From: Paramoeba atlantica
Lineage: Eukaryota; Protista; Discosea
DNA length: 64,000 bases
Direction: 5' to 3'
Assembly: GCA_977017575.1 (NCBI GenBank)
Contig: CDRNVI010000147.1
Span: forward strand, 3,160-67,159
This document shows, in pieces, positions 24,391-39,400 of this stretch. Made by a program: the position numbers and the translations under genes. A model generated the notes under the pieces. It saw only the letters and a program-made list of their open reading frames with translations. It made no database searches and had not been told where the DNA came from. Every line of letters starts with the position of its first letter. The first letter of the stretch is position 1.

Positions 24391-25818
24391 ATGAATGACG
24401 ATGGCAGCCTAGACTTTTTACATCTACTACAGAACGTCAACGCCTTTCACGCGCACATGCTGCGTGCACCTAAAGGCAATCGACCAGTGTCTCGATTTAT
24501 GAGACATCATTTACCAGACTTATTACGCATGGGGGTTGTAGAGAAGACCGAAGGACCGATAGTAGTACATCGTACCTTTACAGTTCCGAAGAAAGACTCC
24601 ACACTTCGTCTAATCTGCGATTGTAGGAAACTCAACCGAGTTTTCGAATGCCCCCCCGCAATGCACCTACCATCCATACATAACGTGATTGAAAATCTGC
24701 TAGATTCGGAATGGATGGCTCACGCGGACGCACGGAGTTACTTTTACCAATTTTCCCTCGCTCCCGAGATCCGATCCTACTTTGGAGCGGTTTTAGGTCA
24801 CGCTAGAGGAGAAACATGCAGTATTCAATTTTCTTCCATGCCCATGGGATGGTCATGGGCCCCGGCTATTGCACAGCGAGTTTCAAATCGCATTGTCCGG
24901 GACATTGGATTGGCCTGTGTAGACAATTTTCTTTTGTTCGGAAAATCCAAGTCAGAAGTAGAAAACCATGCAAAAGAATTTCGCGCCCGAGTCCACGCAG
25001 TTCAACTAGAAGTAGATGATCTCACCATGAAGCCACTACAGGAAGCGTGCGTACTTGGTATTGAATTTGATCTAAAAAATAAGAAGTACCGCATGTCAGA
25101 AAAGTGGACTGAAAAGGCGTATTCAAGATACAATGACATAATCGGGAATGGGACGTGGACAGCTGTGGAACTGTATACGCTTTCTGGTTTACTAATGTGG
25201 AGGGCCACGGTTATGAAAATCCCACTATGCACTTTTGCACACCTTCTTCAAACACTAGGAAAAGTTGCCAGAAAAGTGCACGACGAAAAGTCTTGGGAGA
25301 TCTCCTTCTCTCCGACCGACCACCTGTTAGGCGAACTGACTGATGCATTTTCCGCACTCAAGCGAAATGTTTGGTTAAAAAAGATAGGTCATATACCCAA
25401 AGAAGAAAAGGTGGAAGTTTGGACTGATGCCAGTTCAATCGCATGGGCTATTCTGTTGTTCAATCAAGGCATTCTCGAAACTGCAAAACAGGGCATGACA
25501 AAGCCCGGAGCCCATATATTCTACTCAGAGCTGAGTGCGGCTCTTGGTGGAATTATGGCAGCAGTCAGAAAAGGACATCGGGACATTCTATTGAACGTCG
25601 ACAACGCGCCTGTGGCCATGGCCCTCCAGAGGCGGGCAAGCACTAACTTCACTGCCAATAGGTGGATGCAGTACATCCCATCAAACACTAACCTGGAAGT
25701 AAAGTGGGTACCTACCAACGCCCAAATAGCAGATCCCTTCACGGGAAAATCCAGCGCTGAAGAATTGACACCACTGCCCTCCATCGGTACTTATATTGAG
25801 AGCCTACGGCGCCCGTAG
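24391..25818 (+). CDS. RT-RNase H of a YR retrotransposon (VIPER/TATE-like order YR-RT-RH)
   Basis: LRLICDCR, DARSYFYQF, MPMGWSWAP, CVDNF; RNase H motifs WTDAS, ELSAA, VDN, ADPFT. The same frame is open upstream (23506-24372) but is broken by TAA at 24370. Confidence 0.85.
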   Translation: MNDDGSLDFLHLLQNVNAFHAHMLRAPKGNRPVSRFMRHHLPDLLRMGVVEKTEGPIVVHRTFTVPKKDSTLRLICDCRKLNRVFECPPAMHLPSIHNVIENLLDSEWMAHADARSYFYQFSLAPEIRSYFGAVLGHARGETCSIQFSSMPMGWSWAPAIAQRVSNRIVRDIGLACVDNFLLFGKSKSEVENHAKEFRARVHAVQLEVDDLTMKPLQEACVLGIEFDLKNKKYRMSEKWTEKAYSRYNDIIGNGTWTAVELYTLSGLLMWRATVMKIPLCTFAHLLQTLGKVARKVHDEKSWEISFSPTDHLLGELTDAFSALKRNVWLKKIGHIPKEEKVEVWTDASSIAWAILLFNQGILETAKQGMTKPGAHIFYSELSAALGGIMAAVRKGHRDILLNVDNAPVAMALQRRASTNFTANRWMQYIPSNTNLEVKWVPTNAQIADPFTGKSSAEELTPLPSIGTYIESLRRP

Positions 25819-25992
25819 GGAATTCCGTATTTTCAAAGCAAACCATACTTAGACCTCATCTAGTTTGCCCATTAGAAGAAAATAGAAGAACATATAGCAC
25901 ATGGAATGAGTCTAATATTTAATGAGTTACACTTTTGCAAGAATTGAAGAGTTTAGTTTATCCTATTTTCTAAAACAGACGAAATTAAAATG

Positions 25993-26254
25993 TATGTCCT
26001 TTTCTGAAAACCAAAACCTGAGACCACGCGCAGCAGCAGGTGCGCGCCAAAGTGGATTTATGCACTCGTGAGTGCGCATTCCGAATGTTGATGGATTTGA
26101 GTTGCGTGATCCGAGGCACCGCACACGCAAATCGCCGCGATTGAAGTCGTGAAGTCGCAAAACTTTGATGCGCCTTTTTCTGAAAACCGAAAGCTGAGAC
26201 CACGCGCAGCACGCAGGGGCGCGCCAAAGTGGATTTATGCACTCGTGAGTGTGC
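25993..26254. repeat. ~177-bp satellite, ~1.5 units
   Basis: Same unit as 45285-46635 (TTTTCTGAAAACC..GCACTCGTGAGTG..GCAAATCGCCGCG). Confidence 0.9.
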
Positions 26255-26289
26255 CTCACGCTTGTCACAAATCCTCAATCAGGCCTCAC

Positions 26290-27463
26290 GCTTGTCACAG
26301 AATTTCACTTATTCGAATCTCTGGTTTCACCTTTATTGCTGTATGGCTGTAGAAACTTTTCCCTAATAAAAAAAGACGCTGATTTAATTGACTGTGAAGT
26401 GAACCGAATGAGAAGACTAGCGCTCGGGGTTCGTACTTGGGATGGTACAAGATGTACACCATGTGATGCACTATATGGGAACAGAATGCGACTTTCTAAC
26501 GCATGTCGAGTCCTCCGAGTTCAAATGCTAGGACACCTGATCCGCGGCAATAATCCCTTCAAATCGGTAATGCTACGGCGCAAAGCAACAGGAAAGAAAT
26601 ATCGTCCCACTCTATCAGAGGCATGTGCTGAAGACATGGAACTAGATGTCGAAGATCTCAATGCCCTAGCGGGAGATCGGGATTGGTGGGCGTCGAGAGT
26701 TAAATTTTTGCGTGAATATCTTGAATCTCACAAATCCTACATGGTTTTCGGCTCTAGATCCTGGAAGAAGGTATGCCAGGACTTAGATACTACCACCTAC
26801 AAAGTACTCGAAGGAATTGAAGAAGGCACGGACCATTCTCCTCTCTCAGCTGATTCCGAACACATATACGTAGATGGGGCTGTCAGTTCAGAAGCAGGAA
26901 AACCAGCCGCGGGTTCGGGGATAGTTATTGTTAATTCAAATGGTGTAAGAACCAGACAACACGTTTTACCACCGGAATGCACTTCACCGGATCGGGCTGA
27001 ACTTCGCTCCTTTCTTTTAGGCATTCAGGCAGCTTCGTCTTCTACGAGGAACACAGTTATACATACTGATTCTCATTATGTATGGGACTGGTATCATAAT
27101 GTTAGGGTTCGTTTTTCAATCATTGGACACGGTGGCATGCCAAATGCTGACCTACTCACGCAGATACAAGGAGCAATTAAAGAGCGTTGTACAGATAGTA
27201 GTCTCTACGTTATTAAAGTGCGGGCACAATGCGGGAATTCCTTCAATGAAAAAGCTGATGAAATAGCACGCAAAGCACAGAGAACAGCTGCACGTCGTTT
27301 TTCATGCGTCATTCACACGCAAAGGGAGGGAAACAAATCTAATCACGGTCAAAAAAGGGAGCATGATCTCCAAGAAAAATCTCCACACAAAGTGAATAAT
27401 AATAATAATAATAACAAAAGACTATACACATGCAACTTTCAACGTACACTCTCCTTAGCGTGA
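26290..27463 (+). mobile_element. 5'-truncated RTE-like non-LTR element: RT thumb region plus RNase H (progenitor of the array)
   Basis: VSPLLLYGC, MLGHLIR, RPTLSEAC, AGDRDWW, then YVDG/RAEL/HTDS/AH..NEKAD. Confidence 0.75.
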
Positions 27464-30400
27464 ATATCTTGAATCTCACAAATCCTACATGGTTTTCGGC
27501 TCTAGATCCTGGAAGAAGGTATGCCAGGACTTAGATACTACCACCTACAAAGTACTCGAAGGAATTGAAGAAGGCACGGACCATTCTCCTCTCTCAGCTG
27601 ATTCCGAACACATATACGTAGATGGGGCTGTCAGTTCAGAAGCAGGAAAACCAGCCGCGGGTTCGGGGATAGTTATTGTTAATTCAAATGGTGTAAGAAC
27701 CAGACAACACGTTTTACCACCGGAATGCACTTCACCGGATCGGGCTGAACTTCGCTCCTTTCTTTTAGGCATTCAGGCAGCTTCGTCTTCTACGAGGAAC
27801 ACAGTTATACATACTGATTCTCATTATGTATGGGACTGGTATCATAATGTTAGGGTTCGTTTTTCAATCATTGGACACGGTGGCATGCCAAATGCTGACC
27901 TACTCACGCAGATACAAGGAGCAATTAAAGAGCGTTGTACAGATAGTAGTCTCTACGTTATTAAAGTGCGGGCACACTGCGGGAATTCCTTCAATGAAAA
28001 AGCTGATGAAATAGCACGCAAAGCACAGAGAACAGCTGCACGTCGTTTTTCATGCGTCATTCACACGCAAAGGGAGGGAAACAAATCTAATCACGGTCAA
28101 AAAAGGGAGCATGATCTCCAAGAAAAATCTCCACACAAAGTGAATAATAATAATAATAATAACAAAAGACTATACACATGCAACTTTCAACGTACACTCT
28201 CCTTAGCGTGAATATCTTGAATCTCACAAATCCTACATGGTTTTCGGCTCTAGATCCTGGAAGAAGGTATGCCAGGACTTAGATACTACCACCTACAAAG
28301 TACTCGAAGGAATTGAAGAAGGCACGGACCATTCTCCTCTCTCAGCTGATTCCGAACACATATACGTAGATGGGGCTGTCAGTTCAGAAGCAGGAAAACC
28401 AGCCGCGGGTTCGGGGATAGTTATTGTTAATTCAAATGGTGTAAGAACCAGACAACACGTTTTACCACCGGAATGCACTTCACCGGATCGGGCTGAACTT
28501 CGCTCCTTTCTTTTAGGCATTCAGGCAGCTTCGTCTTCTACGAGGAACACAGTTATACATACTGATTCTCATTATGTATGGGACTGGTATCATAATGTTA
28601 GGGTTCGTTTTTCAATCATTGGATACGGTGGCATGCCAAATGCTGACCTACTCACGCAGATACAAGGAGCAATTAAAGAGCGTTGTACAGATAGTAGTCT
28701 CTACGTTATTAAAGTGCGGGCACACTGCGGGAATTCCTTCAATAAAAAAGCTGATGAAATAGCACGCAAAGCATAGAGAACAGCTGCACGTCGTTTTTCA
28801 TGCGTCATTCACACGCAAAGGGAGGGAAACAAATCTAATCACGGTCAAAAAAGGGAGCATGATCTCCAAGAAAAATCTCCACACAAAGTGAATATGTAAA
28901 AAGGGAAACTGAAAAATACAGAAGAAGGCAGCACAGTCAGGATTGCTCGTTCACTCAACCCAGAAGCTAATACCGGGGATCCAGTAACGTTTTCTCAGTA
29001 CAAGACATCACGGGGTAGACTGACGAATGCCCCCATTTTTGTGAAGAAAAGCCGCTATATGTAATCGAAATTTGCTGTGTATAACTTTGCGCATTAATCT
29101 GGAACGCTTATTTTCAGGAGTGTTATGTCCTCTTGGTACATTTATTTATCAACGCGTTAATAATATTCTGGAGCATTTATGTATATTTCATTGCTAAATA
29201 TCCGTACTCATACGAAAACACTGAGTGGGGTACGAAAACACTGAGTGGGGATAGTATACGGTGGTTTATTTGGCAAGCAGAAGAAGGTATGCCAGGACTT
29301 AGATACTACCACCTACAAAGTACTCGAAGGAATTGAAGAAGGCACGGACAATTCTCCTCTCTCAGCTGATTCCGAACACATATACGTAGATGGGGCTGTC
29401 AGTTCAGAAGCAGGAAAACCAGCCGCGGGTTCGGGGATAGTTATTGTTAATTCAAATGGTGTAAGAACCAGACAACACTTTTTACCACCGGAATGCACTT
29501 CACCGGATCGGGCTGAACTTCGCTCCTTTCTTTTAGGCATTCAGGCAGCTTCGTCTTCTACGAGGAACACAGTTATACATACTGATTCTCATTATGTATG
29601 GGACTGGTATCATAATGTTAGGGTTCGTTTTTCAATCATTGGACACGGTGGCATGCCAAATGCTGACCTACTCACGCAGATACAAGGAGCAATTAAAGAG
29701 CGTTGTACAGATAGTAGTCTCTACGTTATTAAAGTGCGGGCACACTGCGGGAATTCCTTCAATGAAAAAGCTGATGAAATAGCACGCAAAGCACAGAGAA
29801 CAGCTGCACGTCGTTTTTCATGCGTCATTCACACGCAAAGGGAGGGAAACAAATCTAATCACGGTCAAAAAAGGGAGCATGATCTCCAAGAAAAATCTCC
29901 ACACAAAGTGAATAATAATAATAATAATAACAAAAGACTATACACATGCAACTTTCAACGTACACTCTCCTTAGCGTGAATATCTTGAATCTCACAAATC
30001 CTACATGGTTTTCGGCTCTAGATCCTGGAAGAAGGTATGCCAGGACTTAGATACTACCACCTACAAAGTACTCGAAGGAATTGAAGAAGGCACGGACCAT
30101 TCTCCTCTCTCAGCTGATTCCGAACACATATACGTAGATGGGGCTGTCAGTTCAGAAGCAGGAAAACCAGCCGCGGGTTCGGGGATAGTTATTGTTAATT
30201 CAAATGGTGTAAGAACCAGACAACACTTTTTACCACCGGAATGCACTTCACCGGATCGGGCTGAACTTCGCTCCTTTCTTTTAGGCATTCAGGCAGCTTC
30301 GTCTTCTACGAGGAACACAGTTATACATACTGATTCTCATTATGTATGGGACTGGTATCATAATGTTAGGGTTCGTTTTTCAATCATTGGACACGGTGGC

Positions 30401-33400
30401 ATGCCAAATGCTGACCTACTCACGCAGATACAAGGAGCAATTAAAGAGCGTTGTACAGATAGTAGTCTCTACGTTATTAAAGTGCGGGCACACTGCGGGA
30501 ATTCCTTCAATGAAAAAGCTGATGAAATAGCACGCAAAGCACAGAGAACAGCTGCACGTCGTTTTTCATGCGTCATTCACACGCAAAGGGAGGGAAACAA
30601 ATCTAATCACGGTCAAAAAAGGGAGCATGATCTCCAAGAAAAATCTCCACACAAAGTGAATAATAATAATAATAATAACAAAAGACTATACACATGCAAC
30701 TTTCAACGTACACTCTCCTTAGCGTGAATATCTTGAATCTCACAAATCCTACATGGTTTTCGGCTCTAGATCCTGGAAGAAGGTATGCCAGGACTTAGAT
30801 ACTACCACCTACAAAGTACTCGAAGGAATTGAAGAAGGCACAGACAATTCTCCTCTCTCAGCTGATTCCGAACACATATACGTAGATGGGGCTGTCAGTT
30901 CAGAAGCAGGAAAACCAGCCGCGGGTTCGGGGATAGTTATTGTTAATTCAAATGGTGTAAGAACCAGACAACACTTTTTACCACCGGAATGCACTTCACC
31001 GGATCGGGCTGAACTTCGCTCCTTTCTTTTAGGCATTCAGGCAGCTTCGTCTTCTACGAGGAACACAGTTATACATACTGATTCTCATTATGTATGGGAC
31101 TGGTATCATAATGTTAGGGTTCGTTTTTCAATCATTGGACACGGTGGCATGCCAAATGCTGACCTACTCACGCAGATACAAGGAGCAATTAAAGAGCGTT
31201 GTACAGATAGTAGTCTCTACGTTATTAAAGTGCGGGCACACTGCGGGAATTCCTTCAATGAAAAAGCTGATGAAATAGCACGCAAAGCACAGAGAACAGC
31301 TGCACGTCGTTTTTCATGCGTCATTCACACGCAAAGGGAGGGAAACAAATCTAATCACGGTCAAAAAAGGGAGCATGATCTCCAAGAAAAATCTCCACAC
31401 AAAGTGAATAATAATAATAATAATAACAAAAGACTATACACATGCAACTTTCAACGTACACTCTCCTTAGCGTGAATATCTTGAATCTCACAAATCCTAC
31501 ATGGTTTTCGGCTCTAGATCCTGGAAGAAGGTATGCCAGGACTTAGATACTACCACCTACAAAGTACTCGAAGGAATTGAAGAAGGCACGGACAATTCTC
31601 CTCTCTCAGCTGATTCCGAACACATATACGTAGATGGGGCTGTCAGTTCAGAAGCAGGAAAACCAGCCGCGGGTTCGGGGATAGTTATTGTTAATTCAAA
31701 TGGTGTAAGAACCAGACAACACTTTTTACCACCGGAATGCACTTCACCGGATCGGGCTGAACTTCGCTCCTTTCTTTTAGGCATTCAGGCAGCTTCGTCT
31801 TCTACGAGGAACACAGTTATACATACTGATTCTCATTATGTATGGGACTGGTATCATAATGTTAGGGTTCGTTTTTCAATCATTGGACACGGTGGCATGC
31901 CAAATGCTGACCTACTCACGCAGATACAAGGAGCAATTAAAGAGCGTTGTACAGATAGTAGTCTCTACGTTATTAAAGTGCGGGCACACTGCGGGAATTC
32001 CTTCAATGAAAAAGCTGATGAAATAGCACGCAAAGCACAGAGAACAGCTGCACGTCGTTTTTCATGCGTCATTCACACGCAAAGGGAGGGAAACAAATCT
32101 AATCACGGTCAAAAAAGGGAGCATGATCTCCAAGAAAAATCTCCACACAAAGTGAATAATAATAATAATAATAACAAAAGACTATACACATGCAACTTTC
32201 AACGTACACTCTCCTTAGCGTGAATATCTTGAATCTCACAAATCCTACATGGTTTTCGGCTCTAGATCCTGGAAGAAGGTATGCCAGGACTTAGATACTA
32301 CCACCTACAAAGTACTCGAAGGAATTGAAGAAGGCACGGACCATTCTCCTCTCTCAGCTGATTCCGAACACATATACGTAGATGGGGCTGTCAGTTCAGA
32401 AGCAGGAAAACCAGCCGCGGGTTCGGGGATAGTTATTGTTAATTCAAATGGTGTAAGAACCAGACAACACTTTTTACCACCGGAATGCACTTCACCGGAT
32501 CGGGCTGAACTTCGCTCCTTTCTTTTAGGCATTCAGGCAGCTTCGTCTTCTACGAGGAACACAGTTATACATACTGATTCTCATTATGTATGGGACTGGT
32601 ATCATAATGTTAGGGTTCGTTTTTCAATCATTGGACACGGTGGCATGCCAAATGCTGACCTACTCACGCAGATACAAGGAGCAATTAAAGAGCGTTGTAC
32701 AGATAGTAGTCTCTACGTTATTAAAGTGCGGGCACACTGCGGGAATTCCTTCAATGAAAAAGCTGATGAAATAGCACGCAAAGCACAGAGAACAGCTGCA
32801 CGTCGTTTTTCATGCGTCATTCACACGCAAAGGGAGGGAAACAAATCTAATCACGGTCAAAAAAGGGAGCATGATCTCCAAGAAAAATCTCCACACAAAG
32901 TGAATAATAATAATAATAATAACAAAAGACTATACACATGCAACTTTCAACGTACACTCTCCTTAGCGTGAATATCTTGAATCTCACAAATCCTACATGG
33001 TTTTCGGCTCTAGATCCTGGAAGAAGGTATGCCAGGACTTAGATACTACCACCTACAAAGTACTCGAAGGAATTGAAGAAGGCACAGACAATTCTCCTCT
33101 CTCAGCTGATTCCGAACACATATACGTAGATGGGGCTGTCAGTTCAGAAGCAGGAAAACCAGCCGCGGGTTCGGGGATAGTTATTGTTAATTCAAATGGT
33201 GTAAGAACCAGACAACACTTTTTACCACCGGAATGCACTTCACCGGATCGGGCTGAACTTCGCTCCTTTCTTTTAGGCATTCAGGCAGCTTCGTCTTCTA
33301 CGAGGAACACAGTTATACATACTGATTCTCATTATGTATGGGACTGGTATCATAATGTTAGGGTTCGTTTTTCAATCATTGGACACGGTGGCATGCCAAA

Positions 33401-36400
33401 TGCTGACCTACTCACGCAGATACAAGGAGCAATTAAAGAGCGTTGTACAGATAGTAGTCTCTACGTTATTAAAGTGCGGGCACACTGCGGGAATTCCTTC
33501 AATGAAAAAGCTGATGAAATAGCACGCAAAGCACAGAGAACAGCTGCACGTCGTTTTTCATGCGTCATTCACACGCAAAGGGAGGGAAACAAATCTAATC
33601 ACGGTCAAAAAAGGGAGCATGATCTCCAAGAAAAATCTCCACACAAAGTGAATAATAATAATAATAATAACAAAAGACTATACACATGCAACTTTCAACG
33701 TACACTCTCCTTAGCGTGAATATCTTGAATCTCACAAATCCTACATGGTTTTCGGCTCTAGATCCTGGAAGAAGGTATGCCAGGACTTAGATACTACCAC
33801 CTACAAAGTACTCGAAGGAATTGAAGAAGGCACGGACAATTCTCCTCTCTCAGCTGATTCCGAACACATATACGTAGATGGGGCTGTCAGTTCAGAAGCA
33901 GGAAAACCAGCCGCGGGTTCGGGGATAGTTATTGTTAATTCAAATGGTGTAAGAACCAGACAACACTTTTTACCACCGGAATGCACTTCACCGGATCGGG
34001 CTGAACTTCGCTCCTTTCTTTTAGGCATTCAGGCAGCTTCGTCTTCTACGAGGAACACAGTTATACATACTGATTCTCATTATGTATGGGACTGGTATCA
34101 TAATGTTAGGGTTCGTTTTTCAATCATTGGACACGGTGGCATGCCAAATGCTGACCTACTCACGCAGATACAAGGAGCAATTAAAGAGCGTTGTACAGAT
34201 AGTAGTCTCTACGTTATTAAAGTGCGGGCACACTGCGGGAATTCCTTCAATGAAAAAGCTGATGAAATAGCACGCAAAGCACAGAGAACAGCTGCACGTC
34301 GTTTTTCATGCGTCATTCACACGCAAAGGGAGGGAAACAAATCTAATCACGGTCAAAAAAGGGAGCATGATCTCCAAGAAAAATCTCCACACAAAGTGAA
34401 TAATAATAATAATAATAACAAAAGACTATACACATGCAACTTTCAACGTACACTCTCCTTAGCGTGAATATCTTGAATCTCACAAATCCTACATGGTTTT
34501 CGGCTCTAGATCCTGGAAGAAGGTATGCCAGGACTTAGATACTACCACCTACAAAGTACTCGAAGGAATTGAAGAAGGCACGGACCATTCTCCTCTCTCA
34601 GCTGATTCCGAACACATATACGTAGATGGGGCTGTCAGTTCAGAAGCAGGAAAACCAGCCGCGGGTTCGGGGATAGTTATTGTTAATTCAAATGGTGTAA
34701 GAACCAGACAACACTTTTTACCACCGGAATGCACTTCACCGGATCGGGCTGAACTTCGCTCCTTTCTTTTAGGCATTCAGGCAGCTTCGTCTTCTACGAG
34801 GAACACAGTTATACATACTGATTCTCATTATGTATGGGACTGGTATCATAATGTTAGGGTTCGTTTTTCAATCATTGGACACGGTGGCATGCCAAATGCT
34901 GACCTACTCACACAGATACAAGGAGCAATTAAAGAGCGTTGTACAGATAGTAGTCTCTACGTTATTAAAGTGCGGGCACACTGCGGGAATTCCTTCAATG
35001 AAAAAGCTGATGAAATAGCACGCAAAGCACAGAGAACAGCTGCACGTCGTTTTTCATGCGTCATTCACACGCAAAGGGAGGGAAACAAATCTAATCACGG
35101 TCAAAAAAGGGAGCATGATCTCCAAGAAAAATCTCCACACAAAGTGAATAATAATAATAATAATAACAAAAGACTATACACATGCAACTTTCAACGTACA
35201 CTCTCCTTAGCGTGAATATCTTGAATCTCACAAATCCTACATGGTTTTCGGCTCTAGATCCTGGAAGAAGGTATGCCAGGACTTAGATACTACCACCTAC
35301 AAAGTACTCGAAGGAATTGAAGAAGGCACAGACAATTCTCCTCTCTCAGCTGATTCCGAACACATATACGTAGATGGGGCTGTCAGTTCAGAAGCAGGAA
35401 AACCAGCCGCGGGTTCGGGGATAGTTATTGTTAATTCAAATGGTGTAAGAACCAGACAACACTTTTTACCACCGGAATGCACTTCACCGGATCGGGCTGA
35501 ACTTCGCTCCTTTCTTTTAGGCATTCAGGCAGCTTCGTCTTCTACGAGGAACACAGTTATACATACTGATTCTCATTATGTATGGGACTGGTATCATAAT
35601 GTTAGGGTTCGTTTTTCAATCATTGGACACGGTGGCATGCCAAATGCTGACCTACTCACGCAGATACAAGGAGCAATTAAAGAGCGTTGTACAGATAGTA
35701 GTCTCTACGTTATTAAAGTGCGGGCACACTGCGGGAATTCCTTCAATGAAAAAGCTGATGAAATAGCACGCAAAGCACAGAGAACAGCTGCACGTCGTTT
35801 TTCATGCGTCATTCACACGCAAAGGGAGGGAAACAAATCTAATCACGGTCAAAAAAGGGAGCATGATCTCCAAGAAAAATCTCCACACAAAGTGAATAAT
35901 AATAATAATAATAACAAAAGACTATACACATGCAACTTTCAACGTACACTCTCCTTAGCGTGAATATCTTGAATCTCACAAATCCTACATGGTTTTCGGC
36001 TCTAGATCCTGGAAGAAGGTATGCCAGGACTTAGATACTACCACCTACAAAGTACTCGAAGGAATTGAAGAAGGCACGGACAATTCTCCTCTCTCAGCTG
36101 ATTCCGAACACATATACGTAGATGGGGCTGTCAGTTCAGAAGCAGGAAAACCAGCCGCGGGTTCGGGGATAGTTATTGTTAATTCAAATGGTGTAAGAAC
36201 CAGACAACACTTTTTACCACCGGAATGCACTTCACCGGATCGGGCTGAACTTCGCTCCTTTCTTTTAGGCATTCAGGCAGCTTCGTCTTCTACGAGGAAC
36301 ACAGTTATACATACTGATTCTCATTATGTATGGGACTGGTATCATAATGTTAGGGTTCGTTTTTCAATCATTGGACACGGTGGCATGCCAAATGCTGACC

Positions 36401-39400
36401 TACTCACGCAGATACAAGGAGCAATTAAAGAGCGTTGTACAGATAGTAGTCTCTACGTTATTAAAGTGCGGGCACACTGCGGGAATTCCTTCAATGAAAA
36501 AGCTGATGAAATAGCACGCAAAGCACAGAGAACAGCTGCACGTCGTTTTTCATGCGTCATTCACACGCAAAGGGAGGGAAACAAATCTAATCACGGTCAA
36601 AAAAGGGAGCATGATCTCCAAGAAAAATCTCCACACAAAGTGAATAATAATAATAATAATAACAAAAGACTATACACATGCAACTTTCAACGTACACTCT
36701 CCTTAGCGTGAATATCTTGAATCTCACAAATCCTACATGGTTTTCGGCTCTAGATCCTGGAAGAAGGTATGCCAGGACTTAGATACTACCACCTACAAAG
36801 TACTCGAAGGAATTGAAGAAGGCACGGACCATTCTCCTCTCTCAGCTGATTCCGAACACATATACGTAGATGGGGCTGTCAGTTCAGAAGCAGGAAAACC
36901 AGCCGCGGGTTCGGGGATAGTTATTGTTAATTCAAATGGTGTAAGAACCAGACAACACTTTTTACCACCGGAATGCACTTCACCGGATCGGGCTGAACTT
37001 CGCTCCTTTCTTTTAGGCATTCAGGCAGCTTCGTCTTCTACGAGGAACACAGTTATACATACTGATTCTCATTATGTATGGGACTGGTATCATAATGTTA
37101 GGGTTCGTTTTTCAATCATTGGACACGGTGGCATGCCAAATGCTGACCTACTCACGCAGATACAAGGAGCAATTAAAGAGCGTTGTACAGATAGTAGTCT
37201 CTACGTTATTAAAGTGCGGGCACACTGCGGGAATTCCTTCAATGAAAAAGCTGATGAAATAGCACGCAAAGCACAGAGAACAGCTGCACGTCGTTTTTCA
37301 TGCGTCATTCACACGCAAAGGGAGGGAAACAAATCTAATCACGGTCAAAAAAGGGAGCATGATCTCCAAGAAAAATCTCCACACAAAGTGAATAATAATA
37401 ATAATAATAACAAAAGACTATACACATGCAACTTTCAACGTACACTCTCCTTAGCGTGAATATCTTGAATCTCACAAATCCTACATGGTTTTCGGCTCTA
37501 GATCCTGGAAGAAGGTATGCCAGGACTTAGATACTACCACCTACAAAGTACTCGAAGGAATTGAAGAAGGCACGGACAATTCTCCTCTCTCAGCTGATTC
37601 CGAACACATATACGTAGATGGGGCTGTCAGTTCAGAAGCAGGAAAACCAGCCGCGGGTTCGGGGATAGTTATTGTTAATTCAAATGGTGTAAGAACCAGA
37701 CAACACTTTTTACCACCGGAATGCACTTCACCGGATCGGGCTGAACTTCGCTCCTTTCTTTTAGGCATTCAGGCAGCTTCGTCTTCTACGAGGAACACAG
37801 TTATACATACTGATTCTCATTATGTATGGGACTGGTATCATAATGTTAGGGTTCGTTTTTCAATCATTGGACACGGTGGCATGCCAAATGCTGACCTACT
37901 CACGCAGATACAAGGAGCAATTAAAGAGCGTTGTACAGATAGTAGTCTCTACGTTATTAAAGTGCGGGCACACTGCGGGAATTCCTTCAATGAAAAAGCT
38001 GATGAAATAGCACGCAAAGCACAGAGAACAGCTGCACGTCGTTTTTCATGCGTCATTCACACGCAAAGGGAGGGAAACAAATCTAATCACGGTCAAAAAA
38101 GGGAGCATGATCTCCAAGAAAAATCTCCACACAAAGTGAATAATAATAATAATAATAACAAAAGACTATACACATGCAACTTTCAACGTACACTCTCCTT
38201 AGCGTGAATATCTTGAATCTCACAAATCCTACATGGTTTTCGGCTCTAGATCCTGGAAGAAGGTATGCCAGGACTTAGATACTACCACCTACAAAGTACT
38301 CGAAGGAATTGAAGAAGGCACGGACCATTCTCCTCTCTCAGCTGATTCCGAACACATATACGTAGATGGGGCTGTCAGTTCAGAAGCAGGAAAACCAGCC
38401 GCGGGTTCGGGGATAGTTATTGTTAATTCAAATGGTGTAAGAACCAGACAACACTTTTTACCACCGGAATGCACTTCACCGGATCGGGCTGAACTTCGCT
38501 CCTTTCTTTTAGGCATTCAGGCAGCTTCGTCTTCTACGAGGAACACAGTTATACATACTGATTCTCATTATGTATGGGACTGGTATCATAATGTTAGGGT
38601 TCGTTTTTCAATCATTGGACACGGTGGCATGCCAAATGCTGACCTACTCACGCAGATACAAGGAGCAATTAAAGAGCGTTGTACAGATAGTAGTCTCTAC
38701 GTTATTAAAGTGCGGGCACACTGCGGGAATTCCTTCAATGAAAAAGCTGATGAAATAGCACGCAAAGCACAGAGAACAGCTGCACGTCGTTTTTCATGCG
38801 TCATTCACACGCAAAGGGAGGGAAACAAATCTAATCACGGTCAAAAAAGGGAGCATGATCTCCAAGAAAAATCTCCACACAAAGTGAATAATAATAATAA
38901 TAATAACAAAAGACTATACACATGCAACTTTCAACGTACACTCTCCTTAGCGTGAATATCTTGAATCTCACAAATCCTACATGGTTTTCGGCTCTAGATC
39001 CTGGAAGAAGGTATGCCAGGACTTAGATACTACCACCTACAAAGTACTCGAAGGAATTGAAGAAGGCACAGACAATTCTCCTCTCTCAGCTGATTCCGAA
39101 CACATATACGTAGATGGGGCTGTCAGTTCAGAAGCAGGAAAACCAGCCGCGGGTTCGGGGATAGTTATTGTTAATTCAAATGGTGTAAGAACCAGACAAC
39201 ACTTTTTACCACCGGAATGCACTTCACCGGATCGGGCTGAACTTCGCTCCTTTCTTTTAGGCATTCAGGCAGCTTCGTCTTCTACGAGGAACACAGTTAT
39301 ACATACTGATTCTCATTATGTATGGGACTGGTATCATAATGTTAGGGTTCGTTTTTCAATCATTGGACACGGTGGCATGCCAAATGCTGACCTACTCACG

